Below are positions 13,615 to 24,600 of a stretch of DNA of 64,000 nucleotides, in pieces; within the stretch, counting starts at the first letter, position 1, and each line of letters starts with the position of its first letter. The translations under genes and the position numbers were made by a program. Below the pieces are notes generated by a model that saw only the letters and a list, made by a program, of their open reading frames with translations, ran no database searches and was not told the origin of the DNA. Origin of the DNA: Thalia democratica (taxonomy: Eukaryota); the NCBI GenBank assembly GCA_965202585.1, contig OZ241831.1, forward strand, positions 15,624,001 to 15,688,000. Reading direction: 5' to 3'.

Positions 13615-13920
13615 TACGGTTTTCTAAATTTTGCCATATGGCCTACTTGGGGTCCATTACAGAAGTTTAGGGGGCATGAAACAGCAAAGGGAACAAAAGA
13701 GGGGCCGAGAGTAGTAAAGCGGTTACAGAGGGGCCATGAGGCCATAACTCGAAACTTACGCTAGATATTATGGAGTTGATGATGAAGAGCAAAAAAAATT
13801 AATAGGCGTATTAAAGGGTAGTTTTAAAACTTACGCTAGATATTATGGAGTTGATGATGAAGAGCAAAAAAAAATCATAGGCGTATTAAAGGGTAGTTTT
13901 GAAACTTACGCTAGATACTA
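13615..13920. mobile_element. Truncated left arm of the same hAT family as 7970-9316, with an internal 75-bp tandem repeat
   Basis: Shares ggggtccattacagaartttagggggc, gccataact-aaacttac-ctagatatt and ataggcgtatt with 7995-8170. The unit starting aaacttacgctagat recurs at 13752, 13827 and 13902. Confidence 0.75.
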
Positions 13921-14689
13921 TAGAAAATTTTACTAATTTTAATTTAAGCTCCATTAATAAAACTTGTATAAATTAATAAATATTCATTTTTATATGAAAC
14001 TTGCGTAACAAAAAAAAATAGCATACTTGCCTGAACGAACTATTTATAATTTGTTTTGCAATTTTATCCTACTTTATTTTTAAAGCCACATTTCATAAAT
14101 TAAGTTTCATACAATTTGCTGTTTTAGAACTTATATATTTGGTCTTAATTTATCAAGGCTAGAAGCTTTACGATCTAAATTAGAGAAATACAAATTCACA
14201 ACCGCTAGAATTACGCCACACTCTATTTCTTGCAACTATCTGCAAGTACTTTAAGATATGTTTTTCTTCATTGTTACTCGCATAGATCATTCCTTAGATT
14301 AACAAAATAAGAACATATAAAAATTTAATATAATTCACAATACTGTTTTGTACTTACAACTTTTTTTTGGAAAAATGATGCATGTACGTACACATTAGTA
14401 TATTTAGTTGCTGTAAATTTTGTTTTCTTTTCAATTGTAATGTTTCTAATGTGTTTAGTTAGTTGTAATAATAGCTTTTAAACTAATAAAAAGAATTTAT
14501 ACTTTATTATGTTTGTTTTCGTTGAAACACTTTAGTGGAATCATACATTTTTGATACTTTACACAGTATTTAGTTATAAAAAAAAAATAAAAAAAGTTTA
14601 AGTTAGAAATTAAAAGTTTAATTTAAATCTTAATAATCAATACAAAGTATCTAAGAGCAAAAAAAACTCTACAAAAAAATATACAAATA

Positions 14690-14900
14690 ACTACAGGAGT
14701 TTTACTACCTGTGCGGTGCTTTTTTCTAGTTTAGTAAGTATTAGTTAAACATTTCAAGAATCAAAATGGGCGAAAAGGACTTTTATTATTTGCGCACTTT
14801 ACGCTTGAATGAACGGAAAAAAAGAAAGGCTTAAATCTCGCTCGAAGCATTTTGATATACTCGCTGTTTTATGTTGATAGACTTTGTGAAAGTGCTTTGT
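14690..14900 (+). promoter_or_regulatory. Candidate Notch promoter region
   Basis: Only a local CpG/GC enrichment 0.7-0.9 kb upstream of the ATG against an AT-rich background. No TSS evidence. Confidence 0.25.
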
Positions 14901-15628
14901 TTACTTTTTTTATTACATTTTTATTTGTATTATTTGTTTTGTTTCCTTCATATACAGTTTAGCTAAATTCAAAAGTTTAAGTTGCTTTTTTAGAGTTTTA
15001 AATTTAAAATAAAAAAACTGTGACATCTTGGTTTTAGAATTTCGGTTGTTTGAAAAAACTATTTTTTAATGGATATAAGAAACTTAATCATTCTAAGACG
15101 TTTATTTTAAAAAAAGTAACAATTGCAGTGAAACTTAAAAAATAAAATTATATCAAACAATAAATTAAATGTTTCTTTTGAGTCAGAAACCATTTTTCAA
15201 CAGATTTGAACAAACTTTTTTTTTAAGAAAATAAGAATTTTGATGAGAAGTTTTATAAAATCAAAGCATTTAAATTTGTGTGTAAGGTTTCTTAAGTTAG
15301 ACTAGTAAATTTAAAAACTATTTATTTTATACATTTTATTTCTCTTTAAGTTAATAAAATGTAAGAACTTACATTAGCTACTCTTGCTAAACTGTTTACA
15401 GCAGTTTAGTAAGTTATATTAGTATAAAAATATACAAAAAGGTTTATAGTAGTATAATAGTTATATTATTATATGAATCTAAAAGTATATTTATGTTGAC
15501 ATATTTTATTTTCAGATGAAAAAAGTTTAAATAGTGTTTTTAAGTAAGAAATTATTTTAAACTCAATCTGATAAGTTACTTTTTGGATAAACAATTACTA
15601 ATACTAAAGTGAAAAATTAAGTAAAAAA

Positions 15629-15692
15629 ATGAGGGGCAAACTTGGCCTTCTTATTATATCTCTATGGATGTTCAACACAGTCTATGCTCAAG
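15629..15692 (+). CDS. Notch: Notch exon 1: signal peptide
   Basis: [21 protein letters not shown]: basic N-terminus, hydrophobic core, VYA-Q cleavage-like site. Phase-1 donor matches exon 2. Confidence 0.88.
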
Positions 15693-18600
15693 GTTAGTTT
15701 CAATTATTTTAAACATATATAGAAAAATAAAAAAGCGTTTTTAAGCATAAAGCTTGTCAATACTACATTTATTTTACAATACATGCTCACAATTGTATAC
15801 ACTTTTTTTAGATTTTAAACCATGTAAGTCTCAAAAAGATTGTCCTTCAACTCACAGATGCAACAGGGGACAATGCAGGTTAGTATTGCTATGTACTGTA
15901 TTCACAATAATAAGTTTTTTTGCTTTAACTTTTTCAACAACTTATAAGGTGTTTATTTTGTTTTCCTACAACATATTGTAACTTATTGTTAGAATTACAC
16001 AAACGAGTTGATAAATATCGAGTTACTATCAAAACTAATTTTTTAACAAAAGTGCTTACTAGATGTCCATACGAATACTTTGGAAAGAATTGTGAGGAGA
16101 AAATGACAATGTGCAACCCTACTCCCTGCATATCTGGAACGTGCAGTCTTGTGTACGACTCTCTCGGTCGCGAAGATTACGTTTGCCACTGTTACTCCGG
16201 CTGGACTGGTCAATAATAGTTTTTTCTAATATGAACATTTATTCGTATATAATATTGATAACATTTTTTATGTTTAGTATTCTTTTAATACTATAAACAA
16301 AATAAAAACTGCATAACGTTGCTTCTCGATTTTACTTTTTGTGTGAGTATTAAAAAGAATAAAATTAGCAGTAGTTCAAAAAAAAATCAGTTTAAAGTAT
16401 ACAGTATTTTTTCTACCTCAGGTATGGACTGCGACATTGAGGACCAGTGCAAACAGGACCCGTGTGAAAACGGAGGTTCCTGCTCCATGAACAACGACAC
16501 GTTCACTTGCTCGTGCAGCGAAGGTTACCATGGCGACACGTGTGCTAACGATGTCAACGAGTGTGAACCTAAAAATCCCTGCCAGGTATGCACAATCAAT
16601 ATAAAAATTATGAAAATTTTAACAATAATTGAAAGTTGTACTTGTAACAGCTGTAAATATAAAAAAATAAAGCAATGAATTCCACATATAGTCATATACT
16701 TAAAAGTTTTATTTACCGAATAAAATCATCGTTACGTAAATTCAGACAGCTTTTACCCTTGAAACTCAGTCTATAATTCAACTTAACTGTCGAATGGGTA
16801 TTTTTCATTTAGTACAAAACAAAACTTTTTTATTTTATTTACATAATTATCACTACAATACTTTTAAAAGCGGATGTAAAGTGTTTAAATAACTTAACTT
16901 TGAAAGTTGATCGAATTAGCTTTGTAACTGTATGAAAATTCGTTAAGTAACATCTTCTAAGTTGTTTTTAACTTAAGACTTTTATTGATTTGTGTTAACA
17001 AATTAGGCTGTCATGTCGCATAAGTACTAAAGCAGCAAGTAATATACGCAGGTTTACATAACCTTGATTTTATTAAAATAGAATTTAAGATTTGAACAAG
17101 AAAATAGATAATAATCTTTTAAATTAAAATAAGTAAAATAAATACATAGTTATACTATATAAACAATAAAAAGTTTATAGTAAATTGTTGTTGAAATTGT
17201 TCGTTGCTCAGCTAACTAATAAAAATTGATGTGTAGAAAATTACTTAAACACTAAGCACAAAATCATGTTTAAAACTTTGTCAGAACGACGGTGTGTGTG
17301 AGAACCAGATAGGGACGTTCACTTGCCACTGTCAGAAGGGATTCACCGGTCCCACTTGCGAGTACACCATGTTCAAACCTCGCGAAGCCAGCTGCAAGCA
17401 CAACATGTGCAAGAACGGAGGAACTTGCTCCATTGTCAGGGACAGCGGACAGGCCATTTGCAACTGTTTAGAAGGTTTGATCTGTTGATCTAATTAATTA
17501 TGATTTTTATTAACATTGAAAAAAAACTGTCTTAAATTGCAACAAAATAATACCCTTTTCGTATTTTTAAATTGAGTTAGCAAAAAAGATAAACAACTTA
17601 TACTTGATATAAATCGTTATTTATATATTTTATTAACAGACTTTCAAGGAGTATTTTGCGACCAACTGGCACGGTGCACTGCATCTAACTTTTGCAGGAA
17701 CGGAGGAACTTGTAAAGACGACCTTGGTTATGCTTATTGTGAATGCGAAGATGGCTGGCTCGGTTTGTTTTGTTAATACAACTTGATGCAAAGATGGGAA
17801 TTTTATTAATATTTTATATAAATACAGGAGAAAACTGCGAAAAAGACTTGGACGAGTGCACTACTTTTCCCAACTACTGCAAAAACGGCGCCACTTGCAA
17901 CAACTATTTAGGTATACTTAAAGTTTAAAAAAAGACGTTAAAAATGAGTTTTTTAAAGCTAAGCTTCTAAGTACAAATTAAAACTCAGTAATGAAAACAA
18001 CATAGAATATTTCAAGCAATGAAAATATAATTCAAGAACAAACTAAGTTCAATAAAAGTTTTCAACGTTGTTTTTTACTATTTTTTCATACCAACATAAT
18101 AGGAAGCTTCGAGTGCATTTGTGTGAACGGGTGGCACGGAATAGACTGCAGCCACAATGTTGACGATTGCGAGAACAACGGGTGCTTTGCCGGATCGACA
18201 TGCGTTGATGAAGTTGGTACTTTCAGGTGTGAGTGCCCTCCAGGAAAATCTGGTTGGTTCAAAAACTTGTAAAAGCTATGTTTTATGTACAACTTGTGTT
18301 GCAGGGTTTAGTGATTTTGTGTTTATAGTAAATTGATAAGGCTATGAACAAAAAATGTTTTACTTAATACTTAAAACCTTAACTATAGTTGTTAAAATAA
18401 CAGCTGATTTTATCAAAATTGAAACTTTTTACTTGTGTAACCTTGGTAACGTTGTAAATTACCAGGGTTTTTATGTCACCTTGACGACGCCTGTCACGGG
18501 GATCTGAACCCCTGCAAGGACGCTTCAACGTGCACAACCGAGAAAACAACGGGGGAGGCGATCTGTTCGAGCTGCCCCTCTGGCTATAGCGGCATCACCT

Positions 18601-21600
18601 GTCACAAAGACATCGATGAATGCAACAGTGGTTTGTCAAAAACTTAATTTTTAGTCATGAACATATAAAAAGTGATGGTATCATAATCTTTAATTTAAAA
18701 ATAATGCTAAAATTTAACAAATCATATTTACGTTACATACCAAGGACTAAACTAATCGTAATCTATATTCACAACAAGTGGTGAGTAACTTGAATGTTTT
18801 TTACCTTTTTACTTTCCTAGGACAAGCGATATGCGAGCACGGCGGCACTTGTGTGAACACGGATGGCAGTTTCAAGTGCATGTGCCATCCGGGATTCACC
18901 GGAAGTTTGTGCGAGCAGATCATCAACGAGTGCGATCCCGATCCGTGTCCTAAGAACACCTCCTACTCGTGCCTGGACAGGGTTGGAACTTTTCTGTGCG
19001 TATGCCACCCAGGTAGGAAAATTTGAAAACTTTAAACGTAACAAAAATGATTAGATATATTTTCTTCTACGTCAAAATTACTTTTACAATAATGTCGTGC
19101 TCTTATCAAACAAAACATACATTTTGCTAATTAAGTAGTTTGTTTCATATATTAATTATCAAAGCTGGTAATCAGTTTACCAACAGCTTTTACCGCTTAT
19201 TATGTATTAGGGTGATATGAACGCTACGAGTTCAGAGTTTAATTAAAAATTACCTGCTTGTAAAAACAAAAGATTTCAAAGCTTTTACTCGCTTATTCAA
19301 ATTTATAAAATGCGTGTTTCGGGTCATAGGTCGACTGTAAAACTAATAACAACATTTTTTAATTATGCTGCATCTGCTTTAATTTGTTTGACCTTTCAAC
19401 TTTGTACGTAAGCTTGTCAAATTTTACTATAATTAAAAATATCTTTTTTTAATATTTTAACCTTTAAGCTAATTGTAATTTACATTAACTTTAAGTACAA
19501 AAAGCTTTTCTGCAACTTTATGCATTGAATATACGCTTAAAGTTTTTGTTTACGCTTACTTAAAAAGCACCAAACAAGTCTAATATGTAATATAAATAAA
19601 ATAATATAGCTATAAAATATTTTTACACTTAAGCTTCTAAAAATTCAAATTTTTCAAACTGTCTTTTTTTTTGATAACTTTAACCGAAAACAAGCAAAAC
19701 AAACTTATTTCAAGAGATTGCCCTTTCACTAATACTTGAAAATAAAGCAAACGCAGCGGTGATAGTAGTGTGAGTTGATAAACAACTTCATGGTTGATCG
19801 GTGTGCTTGCTCCACACTGCTGCACACATGATTGTCTTTCATTTACATGTGCCCTTCCACTTTCCTAACAAAAAAAAAAAAAACATTAGATGCCCATCTG
19901 CTTTGCTTGAAAGTCTTTTTGTTTAGTTTTGTGTTAGGATTTGGCTCAGCTGTTGTGAAAATTAGTGACGGATGACGGCAAATGACTGTGCGAAGCTTGA
20001 TAGTTTGCGGTGCGAATTTCCTTTCATTCGCCAGCTACAACCATTTGAATTATCGAGGAATTTTAATACGCGCTGGGCACAGACTTTTGCCAAGTAGCGA
20101 ACCACACGCTCGCACCTCATATTTACACCTTATCCATATTTCACAAGGCTGGAAGCTCAGCACAACCAAAACAATTTAGCGGCTTTCGGTCTGGGCATAC
20201 ATACGAATATGTGTTAAAAAAAATTCAAACCGAGCGCGTCGTGTTTTGCCATTTCTTCTCGCCTTGCCTCTCGCACGACTGCGAGGAACAAGTGAAGAGA
20301 AAGCAGCTGGAAACTTCCTTCTCCTTTTTATCTTGCTTGCGAGTGGAAGTAATCGCCACCGACACTTGAAGAAAGCTCGAAGGTGCTTGAAATTGCGCTT
20401 TTCGCTCGTCGCACCTTAGCGAGGTGTAAGTCGTCGTTTGTTTAATTTTGCGAGTCAACCTTAATGTTTGTATGGCTGCCACGGCAAGCCTGTTTTTTAA
20501 ATGAGATGCCAATGACTTTAGTGTACATATTTCTTAGCACTTGAGCCTTTTGCAGTGTCATAATGACGCTCTTATCAGTGCACTGCAGTGCGAAGGAGAT
20601 TTTCGTATTCGTTATGTAATGAACAAGAAACGTAATCATCAAGCTGTTGATTTTCAAACAGATGTTGTTTTATCACTTGCGTTGTTAAAACACCTTATTG
20701 TAATTTGAACTGCTTGATATAATTATCAAAAACAACTTTATTTTTTTAAGTGCTTTTAGGCATTTTGAAAAACCAATTTAACCGTGAAAGCAATAAACTT
20801 TGCGTTTAAAGCAAAGTGTAACGAGATACAAAAATACTCTTACTGACTCAAATTTTATTACTTAAACGCTTATCTTGAAAATACGTCTACAAATTGCCTG
20901 AACTGAAAGCGCTACCCGTACCTATCTTTACATCAAGGGCATTTATGACATTAACACATCTTTTACAACTTGTTATGAAAATCTAATGACAAACGCATTT
21001 TTGAACGAGTTGCTTATCGAAGCCTTTGTTGTGCGCAGAAAAAAACGCTGATAAGTATCCGAGCCGCTGCTGTCGAGAGCATGCTTTTATTCAGCTGAGA
21101 TAAAAACGAAACTTGAACAAGCAGCGCAGCGGTCATCCTCAACATCTCTGAACAATGAAAAGTTTACAAGTTCAATGAAATAACAATTTTAGTCTACTGT
21201 TACCGGCTCAACTCAAAATTGCCCGAGGGTCGCACAGCCGTGCATACTGGCTGCTTGTTTGCGCTATTATTGTGCTCGTGACGATTTCAAATTTAAACTG
21301 TTTGTGTTATTCAAAAATTGCCCATTGAAGATATTTATAGAAGCCTTTGAAAGTTTGAGTTGCCTTATTGGTGCAATTTGCAGTTGACTTGAGTTTAATA
21401 AATATGTGATTTTAATTTAAAAGAAATGTTTTTGATAATTAATTGAGCGAGTAAATTGTACAAAAGTATGACAAAAACGGAAAACTGAATGAAAACAAGC
21501 TTAATTAAGCTGTATGGTAGAACTAATGCCAAAAAAAAAAAGAGAAAATGATTTTTAATTACACTCGAATAGTTAAAAATTTCTTAAAAAAGCTTAAAAG

Positions 21601-24600
21601 AGATAAGTTATACTTTTTTAAGAAAAGAAAAACAAATTCAAGCACTGTGCATTTAGCAAAAACACCTTTTAAAGTAATAAAGTTTTGAAAAAGTGAACGA
21701 TTTGGTTTGGTGATAAGTAACTCAAGTGTGCTGTTAAATAAACACGCAACTCATATCTCGAAGAAAAACGTTTGTTAAGGCCGAGTAAAAAAAGCACATA
21801 CTCAACTCTTAAAACAGACTTAAAGTTTTTTTTGAGACGAAATTGAGAAAATGTTCGCTCAATGTGTGTGGGTTTATAAACTTTTTATAATGTTATGCTT
21901 CGTTGAAAGATCTTCTATAAGTTTCCTACGTGCGTTTCGTCACAAAAGGCACAAGTCTCAGGCAGCCTGTTGAGAAGTCGTCGCTACGCGCAGCAGCGGT
22001 TGCCATGGAGAGAAGTCGTTGTTGGGGAGAATAACGGGGAGTGAAAGCAGGTGCAAGTTTATTAGTAGTGCTTCTTTGTGCTTGAAATGTTCTCATGTCT
22101 CGCGCTTTTGCCTTGCCAACTTAATCTGCGCTGATTCAATTTGCCTTTTTCAACTCCATCACCCGCCTTCCATCATAATTAGCGCTGATAGTTTACATAT
22201 TTCCCGCAACAATGTTTCAGTTTTGACCAAAACAAGTGGAAGCTAACATGAAAACAAAAATATTTTTTTCATTTGTTGAACTTTTTCTCAAACAAGCAAC
22301 TCGTGATTGAAGTGAGAAAACGCTAACGAGTCGGGTGATTCCAATTTCCAGTCTGAGAACTTTCTGCTTTTCACGGCCACCACACGCTCACACGCAAATT
22401 AAGGCTCTGATGTTCACGGCCACGATTTCGGGCTGCTTTTGATGTCGGGCTGCTCCGTTGCACGCTTAATTTGCTGCGGCTTTATTTGATGGAAGAAACC
22501 GTAAACCTTCCATCCATATGTATATATATTCGTTCGTAAATTGTTTTGATTACATTAGTAATTTTTGTTTGATGGTTTTCTGAAAGCTTTTGCTCGCAAT
22601 CAAAGTTAAAAGAGAATAAAAGCTTAAGGTTTGTTGAAAATTTTAATTTTTAACAGTTAATATTAATCAAAAACTCGACAGGTGAATTTGATTAATTAAG
22701 ACTTCAAAAGCACAAACCGTATACAAATGAGCGTGTTTTTTTTTAAAAAGAATAATGTTTGCACTTAAAAACTTACAAACTATATATGGACAATTTTCTA
22801 GGAAAACAAAGCCTGCTCAAATTTTTTTCTAATATTTTTTTATTTGAAACTCAACAGAGTTAAATAACAAAGCACAAATTTTACACAGGATACGAGGGAA
22901 AGTACTGTCAGAAGGAAATAGACGAGTGCAGGGACCTGCCCTGCTTGCACGACGGACAATGCATAGACGGCGTCGCATCATTCACTTGCGTTTGCCCCCG
23001 AGGTACAAGTTTCTATTGTTTACAGTCAGCGTCAATCAAACAGCAATCAGCGCGCTGTTTGAGCGGTAACTTTTATAAAACAAGCTTGAAATAAAACTAC
23101 CAAAGTAGTTAAATTTAATGTTTCGTTCATCGATTTTTTATCAATAGATTTCGATTATGTATCGCACTAGTTTAGATTCCCGAAGTGTTAAACTAATCCG
23201 ACTGAACTTGCTTCCGAAAAGCATGTTTTACGCGTGAATCTTGTTAAAGGAAGCGCAAAAAAGAGAGTTTCCGTGCGAAACTCTGCAGATTCTCACGTTG
23301 AAAAAACTCTGAAGCCGAGTCTCATTACGGATTCAGCACAAATTGTTCTATGTAGCAATGATCATCGAGGTATTATGACGTCACAGCGCGCGGCAGGTTG
23401 AAGTCGGGTGAGAAAGGAGCGATTTGAGTGCGGCAGATGTTTAATGCTTGAGAAGTTGCTAAGAAGTTGGTCAAATTCGAACTTCCCTCGCAAATTCACA
23501 TTCAGGATTCTTGTTATGGCCAAACTTAAAAAAAGAATTATCTAAATTAAAGAAACGCTATTCGAATATTTAAGAATATGCTCTCCAAGCTGGCCTCTTG
23601 TTTGCAGGTTTTTTAAATTTAAAACTTAAAAAAGCCTAAGATTTTGGAATTTAGTATAAGTTGTTAGGTTTTATTTTATCTCACAACTTTTATGTTGTTT
23701 AAATTCACTGCAACATGAAAAAAACATGAAAAGGGGTAAATTTACTTTAAAAACGTTGTTCAATCCATTTAAATGGCGTTAAAAAAAAAGCACAATACAC
23801 AGCCAATATTTGCAGTCTGATTCGTTTTACAACATCCGCTTGCGCACAAACGTGCAGTTCACACAAAAATAAAGATCTATCAGTCAACAAAAGCCCAGGC
23901 TTTCAATACAACATCGAGCTCGCTCGCTAGAGTAAACAAAAAGCCAATAAAGGGATTTCTTTTGCGCGATGAAAAGTCGCGTCCCCGCATGATTAATGCA
24001 AAACCTGAGCTGGAAAAAGTAGGTTTTCATATAAAGTGGCGAGCTGGACGCGAAAAGAAAAAAAATCACAGTGTGTGTGTGAGTGTGAGTAAGCCGCGCA
24101 GTCACGGCTGACTTAACGCGAACACTGCAGGAGATTTGGCTGACGCTGTCCTTTGCCTTTCGACTTTGCATCGCCTCACGCCAGCCAAATCCAATGAGAT
24201 TCGAAGCAAATCAGTCCTCGCTCCGAAAACTCGCCGATCGGCTTAATTTAGACAGATTGAAGGTAAATTATTAGCTCGGCGCCTCGGATTTGCAGAAATC
24301 GCCGAATTTCGTTACTGGCAGTTTGTTTTTTTTTGTTGGTACGCACATCGGCGGTTTCGTCTGTCTGCAAGTTGCTTATTGGCCTCTGTGTTTTTTCAAG
24401 CTAACACGCACAATTAGCGATTTAAACTTGCTTTTGAGCGGATTTAGTTAAGCACCATTTCAGTTTGATAATGCCCCTTGTTTTCCAGCAAAAAGTTCTT
24501 TTGAGTTTGAGCACAGTATAATAACTAATTTAGGCAGTTTATTTTTGTTATCTATTCATCTTCAACTTAAAATATGTAGCACTACTGAGAACAGTTGCTA

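Noticed and set aside
23272-23297. Su(H) paired site (CGTGCGAA ... TTCTCACG)
   Set aside because: Head-to-head, but the spacer is 10 nt rather than the 15-17 nt needed for NICD dimers, and the first site has a core mismatch.
23884-24171. 95-aa antisense ORF and other antisense or alternate-frame ORFs over Notch
   Set aside because: Low-complexity or shadow ORFs produced by GC-rich islands and exons; no domain signatures.
24451-24460. miR-29-like AGCACCATTT
   Set aside because: Only 10 nt match, the remainder diverges, and no precursor hairpin forms.
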